Shown here: positions 55,964 to 64,000 of the stretch, in pieces
Position numbering within the stretch: position 1 is the first letter of the stretch
Layout: each line of letters starts with the position of its first letter
Assembly: GCA_037131675.1 (NCBI GenBank)
Contig: JBAXQO010000002.1
Location: forward strand, 15,166 to 79,165
Source of the DNA: a bacterium
GTDB lineage: Bacteria; Patescibacteriota; Minisyncoccia; Phycocordibacterales; CAIZIN01
Reading direction: 5' to 3'
Length of the DNA stretch: 64,000 bases
Notes under the pieces: model-generated
What the model was told of the DNA's origin: nothing
What the model saw: the letters and a program-made list of their open reading frames with translations, nothing else
Databases searched by the model: none
Translations under genes and position numbers: made by a program

Positions 55964-58538
55964 AAAAGAATCGGATAAAATAATAGTGAAAGGCGCTCGC
56001 ACCCACAACCTGAAAAATATCACCGTGGAGATGCCTCGCAACAAGATGGTGGCTATCACGGGACTTTCAGGAAGTGGAAAGTCATCACTCGCATTCGATA
56101 CTATTTTCGCTGAAGGTCAGCGACGATATGTTGAATCTCTTTCCGCATATGCACGACAATTTTTGAATACGATGCAAAAGCCAGATGTGGATGAAATCGT
56201 TGGTCTTTCACCCGCAATCTCTATCGACCAAAAATCTCGCTCAAACAACCCTCGTTCAACTGTGGCAACTATCACAGAAATCTACGACTATATGCGTATT
56301 CTTTTTGCACGTATCGGAAAGCCTCACTGTCTTGAATGTGGACGCGAAATCAAGAGGCTTTCACAAGAAGAAATTATGGATACTATCATGACGACGGTGA
56401 AGTCTATCGATACAAAGTCTGCTGAGAAAAAAGTGATGGGTGTGGAAATTAATGACCTGAAAGTAGGTCTCTATGCTCCGCTTGTAGTGGGCAGAAAAGG
56501 CGAGTACTATCAGCTTCTTTATGATCTGCTTAGTAAAGGTTTTGAGCGTGTACTTGTCGATGGAGAAGAGAAAAAACTTCGCGAACAAATCATTCTTTCT
56601 AAAACAAAAAAACATGACATTGACGTGCTTGTGGATGAATTCTATCTTTCTGACATCAAACAAAACAAACCCGGTATGAAAGAGCGTTTGAGCGAAGCTG
56701 TGGAGCGAGCTCTTGCCGAGTCCGAGGGTTTGCTCAAGGTGGTAACTCCTCATGAAACAAAACTCATCTCTTCAAAATTCATGTGTCCATACGATGGTTT
56801 TTCATATCCTGAAATCGAGCCGCGACTTTTCTCTTTCAACTCCCCATACGGAGCTTGTCCTGAATGTAACGGCCTCGGCACACGACATTTTTTTGGTAAC
56901 GAAGAATGTAAAAAATGTCATGGTGCGCGACTTCGCGAAGAAGCATTGCATGTATTTTTGGGTGAAAATAAAACAAATATCGTGGGGCTTACGGCGATGT
57001 CCATTTTTGATGCAAAAACTTTTTTCACCCACTTGAAACTTTCTCCTCAAGAAAAAGAAATTTCAAAAGTGATCGTGAAAGAAATCATGAACCGACTAGA
57101 TTTTATGATCAACGTTGGCATCGACTATTTGTCGCTCGACCGTCGTGCACACACGCTTTCTGGCGGTGAGGCACAACGTATCCGCCTGGCGTCACAGCTC
57201 GGCTCAGGACTTGTGGGAGCTCTCTATGTACTCGATGAACCAACCATCGGTCTTCATCAGCGCGACAATGACCGATTGATTGAAACTCTTATAAACCTCC
57301 GTGATATGGGGAATACCATTATCGTTGTTGAACATGATGAGGATACGATTTTCGCGTCTGACTACATTATCGATATTGGTCCTGGCGCTGGCGTACATGG
57401 TGGAAATGTGGTGGCTTCAGGATACCTCGACGAACTTCTCACTGCAAAAACAAACAAAACAAAATCACTGACACTCGACTATTTGCGTGGTGATGTGAAA
57501 ATCGAAATTCCTCACGAAAGACGAAATCAAGATAAAGGAAAAATACAAGTGCGCGGTGGAAATGTATTCAATATTAAAAATATGAATATTGATGTTCCAC
57601 TTGGAAAATTTGTTTGTGTGACAGGTGTGTCCGGCTCAGGAAAATCATCTTTCGTATATGAAATTTTGCATAAAAACTTGCAAGCTCGATTTGAAAAAAG
57701 ATACAGAAGTGCGGAGACATTCAACTGCGCTTCGTTTACTGGTACAGAATATGTGGGGCGAACAATCTTGATTGACCAAAGTCCTATCGGCCGAACACCT
57801 CGCTCAAACCCGGCAACATATACCGGTGCGTGGACATTTGTGCGTGATTTGTTTGCTTCTACTTCGGAAGCTCGCGTGCGTGGCTGGGGAGCAAACCGTT
57901 TTTCTTTCAACGTGAAAGGTGGGCGATGTGAAGCATGTCAAGGAAATGGAAGTATTGAAGTGGAAATGCACTTTTTGCCGACAGTGTATGTGACATGTGA
58001 TGTCTGTCAAGGCAAGCGCTTTATGAAAGAAACACTCGAAGTAAAATACAAAAAGAAAAACATTTATGATGTTCTTCAAATGACCGTGGAAGAAGCTCTT
58101 ACATTTTTTGAAGATATTCCGGCAATTCACGATAGACTCAACACACTCAATGAAGTGGGGCTTGGATACCTACAGCTCGGACAGTCTGCAACAACACTTT
58201 CCGGCGGAGAAGCACAACGTGTGAAAATTTCTTCAGAACTATACCGACCTCATTTGCAGAAAACTATTTATCTTTTGGATGAGCCGACAATCGGACTTCA
58301 CTACGAAGACGTACGAAAGCTTATTGAAATTTTGCAGAAACTGGTGGACAAAGGAAATACAGTACTTGTGATTGAACACAATATGGATCTCATTAAATCT
58401 GCCGACTATATGATCGACATTGGTCCAGAAGGAGGTGTAAAAGGAGGAGAAATTGTTGCGAAGGGTACACCTGAGGACGTAGCGAATAATGCGAAGAGTT
58501 ACACGGGTAAGTATCTTAAAAAAGTTTTGAAGAAGTAG
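55947..58538 (+). CDS. uvrA: excinuclease ABC subunit A
   Basis: Two ABC ATPase modules ([12 protein letters not shown]; [13 protein letters not shown]), zinc-finger Cys clusters, and LSGGEAQR signatures; 863 aa. Confidence 0.95.
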   Translation: MKPENKKESDKIIVKGARTHNLKNITVEMPRNKMVAITGLSGSGKSSLAFDTIFAEGQRRYVESLSAYARQFLNTMQKPDVDEIVGLSPAISIDQKSRSNNPRSTVATITEIYDYMRILFARIGKPHCLECGREIKRLSQEEIMDTIMTTVKSIDTKSAEKKVMGVEINDLKVGLYAPLVVGRKGEYYQLLYDLLSKGFERVLVDGEEKKLREQIILSKTKKHDIDVLVDEFYLSDIKQNKPGMKERLSEAVERALAESEGLLKVVTPHETKLISSKFMCPYDGFSYPEIEPRLFSFNSPYGACPECNGLGTRHFFGNEECKKCHGARLREEALHVFLGENKTNIVGLTAMSIFDAKTFFTHLKLSPQEKEISKVIVKEIMNRLDFMINVGIDYLSLDRRAHTLSGGEAQRIRLASQLGSGLVGALYVLDEPTIGLHQRDNDRLIETLINLRDMGNTIIVVEHDEDTIFASDYIIDIGPGAGVHGGNVVASGYLDELLTAKTNKTKSLTLDYLRGDVKIEIPHERRNQDKGKIQVRGGNVFNIKNMNIDVPLGKFVCVTGVSGSGKSSFVYEILHKNLQARFEKRYRSAETFNCASFTGTEYVGRTILIDQSPIGRTPRSNPATYTGAWTFVRDLFASTSEARVRGWGANRFSFNVKGGRCEACQGNGSIEVEMHFLPTVYVTCDVCQGKRFMKETLEVKYKKKNIYDVLQMTVEEALTFFEDIPAIHDRLNTLNEVGLGYLQLGQSATTLSGGEAQRVKISSELYRPHLQKTIYLLDEPTIGLHYEDVRKLIEILQKLVDKGNTVLVIEHNMDLIKSADYMIDIGPEGGVKGGEIVAKGTPEDVANNAKSYTGKYLKKVLKK

Positions 58539-58576
58539 TGTAAGAAAAAAGTCGGAAGATTATTCCGACTTTGGAG

Positions 58577-58783
58577 CTATTGCAAACCAACCTCTTCTTG
58601 TTCTTGGTTGGGGATTTCTTGGGAGATCGGTACGAAGAACTCGAAAGGTCTTTCAAAGCTCTTGTGACACTTGTCACACTCACATTCATTTATTCCTGGC
58701 TCAATACGACGAGTATAGGTGCCAGTAGAACTGCATTTCGGGCACTTCATCCCAAACGGGACTATACAAGGTATTACCGTCAT
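58577..58783 (-). CDS. small C4 zinc-ribbon protein, hypothetical
   Basis: MKCPKCSSTG...CECDKCHKSF pattern; good RBS AGGAAAGA 10 nt upstream on the minus strand. Fills the uvrA-uvrC intergenic gap. Confidence 0.45.
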   Translation of the reverse strand: MTVIPCIVPFGMKCPKCSSTGTYTRRIEPGINECECDKCHKSFERPFEFFVPISQEIPNQEQEEVGLQ

Positions 58784-58822
58784 GGTTTTTGTCTTTCCTG
58801 CGTGCTAATCTATAATAAAAAA

Positions 58823-60037
58823 ATGCAAAGTCAAGACCTTACAAAAACAAATCTTCCTGAAACTCCTGGCGTATATCTTTTCAAACAAGGAAAGAGTGTT
58901 TTGTATGTGGGAAAGGCGACATCGCTCAAAGACCGTGTGAAAAGCTATTTTTCTAGAGATCTCATTGCAGCCCGCGGACCGCTTCTTGTCGACATGGTGT
59001 TCAAAGCCGACAGAGTGGAATATGAACAGACAGACTCTGTGCTCGAAGCTCTCATTCTCGAAGCTCATCTCATCAAGAAACTCCAGCCCAAATACAACAC
59101 AAAAGAAAAAGATAACAAAAGCTATAACTATGTTGTTGTTACGAAAGAAGATTTCCCAAAAATACTTATAGAACGCGGGAAAAATATTGATTTCAAAAAC
59201 TGCATTGCTGGGGAATTTTCTCTTCAAACTATCTATGGTCCGTTTCCACATGGGGCGATTCTTAAAGAAGCTCTTAAAATAGTTCGAAAAATATTTCCTT
59301 TTATAGACAGGCAATCTTCAAAAAAAGACAACTACCATTTTTATCGCCAACTCGGTCTCACACCAGATATTTCAAATGGTGATGCAAAAAAAGAATACGC
59401 AAAAACCATTCGCCATATCAAACTATTTTTCGAGGGTAAAAAGAAAGAGCTTGTAAAAACACTGGAAAAAGAAATGCACGCATATGCAAAAAAACAAGAA
59501 TTCGAAAAGGCGAATGAAGTGAAAAAAACGCTTTACGCACTCAATCATATTCGCGACGTGTCTCTCTTGAAACGTGACATGACAGATGTGGGCAAAGCCC
59601 TCCGTATTGAAGCCTATGACGTAGCTCACTTGAGTGGTACCAACATGGTAGGGGTGATGACTGTGGTGGAGGATGGCGTGCCAGAAAAAGCCGAGTACAG
59701 AAAATTTAAAATCAAAACCATGACAGGTGCCAATGATCCAGGTGCTCTCAAAGAAATGTTTTTGCGAAGACTCGGACATACCGAATGGCAGTACCCTTCG
59801 CTTATTGTAGTGGATGGTAACGAAATTCAGCTCAATGTGGTGGAACAGTCTCTCGCTTCACTCAAGCTTTCCATTCCTGTTGTAGCAGTAGTTAAAAACG
59901 AGAAACATAAAGCAGAAAAAATATTAGGTGACAAAAATCTCATTCTTTCATATCGTGACCAAATACTTCTAGCAAATGCCGAAGCTCACCGTTTTGCTAT
60001 TGCGTTTCATAGACAAAAAAGAGGGAAAATTAAATAA
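58823..60037 (+). CDS. uvrC: excinuclease ABC subunit C, short form without the C-terminal (HhH)2 domain
   Basis: GIY-YIG (PGVYLFKQGKSVLYVGKATSLKDR), UVR domain, and RNase-H-like endonuclease domain. It ends at 404 aa with no helix-hairpin-helix region. The start is chosen at MQSQDL; the listed longer ORF is antisense to the zinc-ribbon gene. Confidence 0.85.
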   Translation: MQSQDLTKTNLPETPGVYLFKQGKSVLYVGKATSLKDRVKSYFSRDLIAARGPLLVDMVFKADRVEYEQTDSVLEALILEAHLIKKLQPKYNTKEKDNKSYNYVVVTKEDFPKILIERGKNIDFKNCIAGEFSLQTIYGPFPHGAILKEALKIVRKIFPFIDRQSSKKDNYHFYRQLGLTPDISNGDAKKEYAKTIRHIKLFFEGKKKELVKTLEKEMHAYAKKQEFEKANEVKKTLYALNHIRDVSLLKRDMTDVGKALRIEAYDVAHLSGTNMVGVMTVVEDGVPEKAEYRKFKIKTMTGANDPGALKEMFLRRLGHTEWQYPSLIVVDGNEIQLNVVEQSLASLKLSIPVVAVVKNEKHKAEKILGDKNLILSYRDQILLANAEAHRFAIAFHRQKRGKIK

Positions 60038-60130
60038 AAATAATCCAATTCCAATTATTTTTTTATTTACAAATTTAGAAAATATTGTAATATCAAAACC
60101 TGAAAAAGTACCAACAACAAGGAGGATAAA

Positions 60131-60628
60131 ATGAGAAAGTTATTTACCCGTTTAAGTCGGAAACTGAGTTTGATTCTGGCGTACAAACATAAAGCAAAGT
60201 GCGGTCACGAAACAAAGCTTATTGGATATACATCCGATGGTTTGTGGATGGAAATGCCTTTAAATAAAGATGGAGTGCCTGATTATTGCCTCGCATGTCT
60301 CGAAAAGCATTCCATACCATGCCCTTGCTGTGGAGAAAATATCCACGTTGGGGAGCAGATAGCTCTCGGCATCGGAGAGTCCATGCACCAGAAACAACGC
60401 GACAGATCAAGACCTATCACCGTGGTCAACTTCGAGAATAAAGTTGATGGGATATATCCTGTTTGCATGAATTGCAGCGATGTATTTAACCTTTCAGCCT
60501 GGCTTCATCCGGATGCTACAGCTGTACATTTCGGTTCTCTCATGGAGAGAGTTATCTCTTCGAAAGGTGCGGTGGTTTGCTATGATACGAGCCGTATTGC
60601 TCAAAGTTCAAGGGCGGTTACTTTCTGA
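60131..60628 (+). CDS. Cys-rich hypothetical protein in a GC-elevated block
   Basis: Strong RBS AAGGAGG 7 nt upstream; 165 aa with CxxC pairs (CLACLEKHSIPCPCCG; CMNC); roughly 45% GC. Confidence 0.5.
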   Translation: MRKLFTRLSRKLSLILAYKHKAKCGHETKLIGYTSDGLWMEMPLNKDGVPDYCLACLEKHSIPCPCCGENIHVGEQIALGIGESMHQKQRDRSRPITVVNFENKVDGIYPVCMNCSDVFNLSAWLHPDATAVHFGSLMERVISSKGAVVCYDTSRIAQSSRAVTF

Positions 60629-60646
60629 AGAATTCTCAAAATGCTA

Positions 60647-60678
60647 AGACTGCACAATTTCATGTGTAGTCTTTTTCT
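60647..60678 (+). terminator. rho-independent terminator
   Basis: agactgcaca-atttca-tgtgtagtct with one G-U wobble, followed by ttttcttttc. Confidence 0.5.
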
Positions 60679-60742
60679 TTTCATTTATTCACCAAAGTTG
60701 TAAGATTGAATCTGTTATTTATTAATCATATTTTACACAAAA

Positions 60743-61507
60743 ATGGATCCATTATTTGTACTTGGTTTGATTGTTTTGTTTTTTCTTCTAGTAACTTCTT
60801 TGCGTGTGGTGAAGGAGTATGACCGCGGAGTTATTTTCTTCCTCGGTAAATGTACAGGAGTGCGTGGTCCAGGACTTATTATCCTCATTCCTATTTTTGA
60901 GCAGATGACCAAAGTGTCACTAAGGACTATCACTATGGGTATTCCTTCACAGAAAATTATCACAAAAGATAACGTATCCATCGACATTGCTGCGGTGGCG
61001 TACTATCACATTTTGGATCCACAAAAATCAGTTGTTGCAATTGAAGATGTAGACAGTGCAGTAAACCAGATTAGTCAGACAACTGTCCGAAATATTGTTG
61101 GGCAATTCCAACTCGACCAGCTTCTTTCACAAACAGGACAGATAAATATTCAAATTAAAGAAGTTATTGATACACATACTGAACCTTGGGGTGTTCAGGT
61201 AACTGCTGTGGAAATCAAAGATATTACTTTGCCGGACAACATGCAGCGCGCCATGGCTAAAGAAGCCGAAGCAGAAAGAGAGCGCCGAGCTAAGATTGTG
61301 GCCGCGGAAGGTGAGTTCCAAGCAGCTCAGAAACTTGGTGAGGCTGCAGACTTGATAGCAGCGCACCCAGTTGCACTTCAGTTGCGAACACTTCAGACAA
61401 TGGCGGAGATTAGTGTTGAAAAGAACTCAACAATCATTTTCCCAGCACAATTCATGACAACAATCAGGGAGGCTGTCTCTATGATAAACGCGGACGGTGC
61501 AAAATAG
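60743..61507 (+). CDS. SPFH/band-7 (stomatin/prohibitin-like) membrane protein
   Basis: N-terminal TM, SPFH core (VVKEYDRGVIFFLGKC...), and a C-terminal coiled-coil AEAERERRAK. Confidence 0.8.
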   Translation: MDPLFVLGLIVLFFLLVTSLRVVKEYDRGVIFFLGKCTGVRGPGLIILIPIFEQMTKVSLRTITMGIPSQKIITKDNVSIDIAAVAYYHILDPQKSVVAIEDVDSAVNQISQTTVRNIVGQFQLDQLLSQTGQINIQIKEVIDTHTEPWGVQVTAVEIKDITLPDNMQRAMAKEAEAERERRAKIVAAEGEFQAAQKLGEAADLIAAHPVALQLRTLQTMAEISVEKNSTIIFPAQFMTTIREAVSMINADGAK

Positions 61508-61626
61508 TTAAAAGTTTTCAAACAAAAACACTCTATCCAAAAAGATGGGGTGTTTTTGTTGACAAATGTTGAAAAAGTTTTATTATAATCCTCAGTAAAA
61601 AGTTCAACCCAATTCAACAATAGAAT

Positions 61627-61956
61627 ATGATTATAAAATCAGGATATTTCAAACTCCACGACATGTGCCTTGCTGGCCAGATCGTGTGCAGTGATGGATC
61701 ACTTTTGCAGTGGTGTGTCACGAAAAGCCAAGCTCTTGAAATCGGCGAAGCCTTTGTTGGCATCAACATTACTCCCGAAGAATGGTTAGCTATCAAGGAG
61801 CAGATCCACGCGAGTCTGCTTCCGAACCATGACGAGGAGCTGGAAAAAGCGTTGAATCAGTTTCAAGGCTGCGCAGAGGAATTTACCATTCATTTGAAAA
61901 AGGTTCTTGAACACCTCAAAAACCAACATAACGAAGGTGAAGGCTGGAAAGATTAA
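61627..61956 (+). CDS. hypothetical protein
   Basis: 109-aa ORF followed by a terminator. Confidence 0.4.
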   Translation: MIIKSGYFKLHDMCLAGQIVCSDGSLLQWCVTKSQALEIGEAFVGINITPEEWLAIKEQIHASLLPNHDEELEKALNQFQGCAEEFTIHLKKVLEHLKNQHNEGEGWKD

Positions 61957-61971
61957 AATATTTCAGCTAAA

Positions 61972-62006
61972 CCCCTACACAATATTTGCCGTGTAGGGTT
62001 TTTTCT
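61972..62006 (+). terminator. rho-independent terminator
   Basis: ccctacac-10 nt-gtgtaggg followed by ttttttc. Confidence 0.6.
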
Positions 62007-62170
62007 TTAAAATAACTCACTTTTAATTTATAAGTTGTTTGTAAATAGAAAATTTCGCGTTAAAATTAATCAATTCAGAACTCGAGAGACTACTCGGCGT
62101 GTTGAAAAATACCTTAAACGACAAAAAGTAGGGTTTTAAGTGATTTTAAGAATAGTTAACACTAATTGAC

Positions 62171-62224
62171 TAGTATTAACTAAAATGATAAGATAGTTTA
62201 TACAAATTAAATAGTATTAACTAA
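62171..62224 (+). promoter_or_regulatory. two exact 13-bp direct repeats TAGTATTAACTAA upstream of fic (candidate operator)
   Basis: Copies at 62171-62183 and 62212-62224, 41 bp apart, plus a degenerate third copy tagttaacactaa at 62153-65. The last copy abuts the fic ATG. Confidence 0.35.
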
Positions 62225-62226
62225 TT

Positions 62227-63372
62227 ATGAGCAACATAATCGGAAAAAATAAAAAACACCAAAACGGATATGAATATCTTTCTCTTTTTCCATTTCCTTC
62301 AGGTGATTTAAAAAGAAACATTTCTGAAGAACTCGTTCAAAAATCTAATATGGCACAATTTTTACTTGGAAAATTGTCTGGTATTACGGTTTTGTTGCCA
62401 GATGTGGACTACTTTATTAATGCTTATGTCGCAAAAGATGCAGCTTCTTCATCGCAGATTGAGGGTACAAAGGCAACTATGGTTGATGCGTTTGAATACG
62501 CCGCAGACCCTTCTAATGATAAAAATTCCGATGCTGATGATATTACTCACTATATTAAAGCTCTTAACTATGGTCTAAAGAGAATAAATGAAGATGATTT
62601 TCCTCTTACTCTTCGATTTATTCGAGAACTTCATAAGCAATTGATGCAGGGTGCAAGGTCAACGCATTTTGCTGATCCGGGAGAGTTTAGAAAAACTCAA
62701 AACTGGATTGGTGGTACTAGACCGGATAATGCAGACTTTGTACCTCCTACACCAGATGAACTCCCTCAATCTCTTAGTGACTTAGAAAAATTTATTCATA
62801 TGTCTTTTTCACATCCAATTTTGGATGCGGGGCTTATGCATGCCCAATTTGAAACTATTCATCCTTTCCTTGATGGGAATGGAAGAACTGGCCGTTTGTT
62901 GATTACTTTCTATCTTATTCACCACAAATATCTTGAACTCCCAGTACTATTCCTTTCTTCATATTTCAAAAGACATCAAAAAATCTATTACCAGAGTTTG
63001 AGAGAGTATCACAATGGGAATACCGCCCCTTGGCTAGAATTTTTTATAGATGCTGTTATTGAAACGGCAAAAGATGCAATAGAAGTTTCTAAGAAAGTAA
63101 CCGTCTTGAGAGATAGAGACCTAGAAAAAGTATCAATGTTTGATAAAAGAAACTCAGATACTGTTTTGAAAGTTGTTAAAAGGTTATATAAAGAGCCAAT
63201 TGTATCAACTTCAACTATTCAAGAATGGATTGAACAATCACGACCAGGTACCATTAAGTTTATTGATAGGCTCATCAAAGCTGGTATATTGGTCTTGCAT
63301 AGGAAAGGAGAAGGGTCTCGTCCCTCCCTCTATTCTCATAAGGAATATCTTAAAGTTTTTGCTGAAAAATAA
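62227..63372 (+). CDS. fic: Fic-family protein (class II, N-terminal inhibitory motif present)
   Basis: Fic motif HPFLDGNGRTGR; N-terminal SxxxEG inhibitory motif (SSQIEG); C-terminal winged-helix-like region. Confidence 0.85.
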   Translation: MSNIIGKNKKHQNGYEYLSLFPFPSGDLKRNISEELVQKSNMAQFLLGKLSGITVLLPDVDYFINAYVAKDAASSSQIEGTKATMVDAFEYAADPSNDKNSDADDITHYIKALNYGLKRINEDDFPLTLRFIRELHKQLMQGARSTHFADPGEFRKTQNWIGGTRPDNADFVPPTPDELPQSLSDLEKFIHMSFSHPILDAGLMHAQFETIHPFLDGNGRTGRLLITFYLIHHKYLELPVLFLSSYFKRHQKIYYQSLREYHNGNTAPWLEFFIDAVIETAKDAIEVSKKVTVLRDRDLEKVSMFDKRNSDTVLKVVKRLYKEPIVSTSTIQEWIEQSRPGTIKFIDRLIKAGILVLHRKGEGSRPSLYSHKEYLKVFAEK

Positions 63373-63425
63373 TTTCAAAATATCTCATATAAAGAACAAG
63401 GTGTTTTGTTGTAAATCTCTTCATT

Positions 63426-63806
63426 TTGTGGGAAAATTGCTTTAATTCACAAGCTGAGATGAAAAACATAAAAATCCTAACAGAAAGAATAATAGCGTTT
63501 AGAGATGCGAGAGACTGGAAACAGTTCCACAATCCCAAAGACGTTGCTTTATCTTTAGTTTTAGAAGCTGGGGAAGTTATGGAGCATTTTCAATGGAAAT
63601 CTAAAGAAGAGATGGATAAATATGTTATTGAACATAAGGAAGAAATTGGAGATGAATTGGCAGATGTTCTGTATTGGGTGCTCTTAATGAGTAATGATCT
63701 AAAGATAGATGTCCTGAAAGCTTTAGAGAAAAAGTTGAAGAAAAATGAAGACAAATATCCTGTTGAAAAGGCTAAGGGAAAACATACTAAATACAACAAG
63801 CTATAA
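63426..63806 (+). CDS. MazG-like nucleotide pyrophosphohydrolase (YpjD type)
   Basis: EAGEVMEHFQWK...IGDELADVLYWVLLMS has the MazG EExxE/D-motif layout; 126 aa. Confidence 0.7.
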   Translation: MWENCFNSQAEMKNIKILTERIIAFRDARDWKQFHNPKDVALSLVLEAGEVMEHFQWKSKEEMDKYVIEHKEEIGDELADVLYWVLLMSNDLKIDVLKALEKKLKKNEDKYPVEKAKGKHTKYNKL

Positions 63807-63808
63807 AT

Positions 63809-64000
63809 CATGATAGTTTATCAGTCTACAAAGTTAGGTTTTCTAGAAGATGCTTCAAATGGAATTGAAGACATTGTTCGTGCTCGAGTTAAAGAAAAAC
63901 TTAATATTGATATTAAAGTTGGAAGCAGTGAATACAACTCTTGGAAAAACTCTCTTGGAGACGCCATGTATAAAGTGATGCAGACAGACAAAATTCCTGA
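63809..64000 (+). CDS. hypothetical protein, N-terminal fragment continuing beyond the window
   Basis: ATG at 63809, 2 nt after the mazG-like stop, and an open frame to the window end (MIVYQSTKLGFLEDASNG...). Confidence 0.3.

Noticed and set aside
58571-58822. Long N-terminal extension of the uvrC ORF (MELLQTNLFLFLVG...), starting 84 codons upstream of the GIY-YIG domain.
   Set aside because: The extension has no UvrC-like sequence. The in-frame ATG at 58823 gives the canonical UvrC N-terminus, and the region encodes a zinc-ribbon ORF with a good RBS on the opposite strand.

Overview
This 64-kb window comes from a low-GC bacterial chromosome, roughly 35-38% GC by eye. Genes are compact and mostly co-directional, with many small orphan ORFs. 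The gene content resembles a Patescibacteria (CPR)-type genome: a truncated dcw cluster (mraZ-rsmH-ftsL-ftsI-murF) and almost no biosynthetic neighbourhoods. The standard genetic code is used, since TAA, TAG and TGA all terminate recognisable genes.

Recognisable housekeeping genes:
- Translation and RNA: lysS (3' fragment), ychF, tgt, a DEAD-box helicase, an RluB-like pseudouridine synthase, and a tRNA-Glu(CUC).
- Central metabolism: iPGM, enolase, malic enzyme, an M29 aminopeptidase, an FKBP isomerase, a LOG-family protein and an SPFH protein.
- DNA repair: uvrB, uvrA and uvrC clustered with small zinc-ribbon ORFs.

Accessory modules:
- A CsoR-CopA-HMA/DsbD_2-cupredoxin copper operon with a perfect palindromic operator.
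- A MarR-regulated operon of two membrane-fusion proteins plus an EmrB-type MFS pump.
- Two tandem CrtI-family FAD oxidoreductases.
- A CcdA/thioredoxin-like thiol-disulfide module.
- Secreted GH18, Fn3 and HtrA-like proteins.
- A class-II Fic protein followed by a MazG-like gene.

Unusual features:
- At least six short blocks (threonine synthase, an adenylate-kinase-like gene with a degenerate P-loop, and several orphans) have clearly elevated GC of about 45-50%, consistent with horizontal acquisition. One lies next to the tRNA-Glu.
- A roughly 76-nt element occurs twice at about 95% core identity.
- An orphan 0.5-kb region upstream of tgt has a 15-bp anti-SD/SD helix in front of a small hydrophobic ORF.

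No CRISPR array, integrase, transposase or rRNA was seen. All calls rest on motif recognition by eye; no searches were run.
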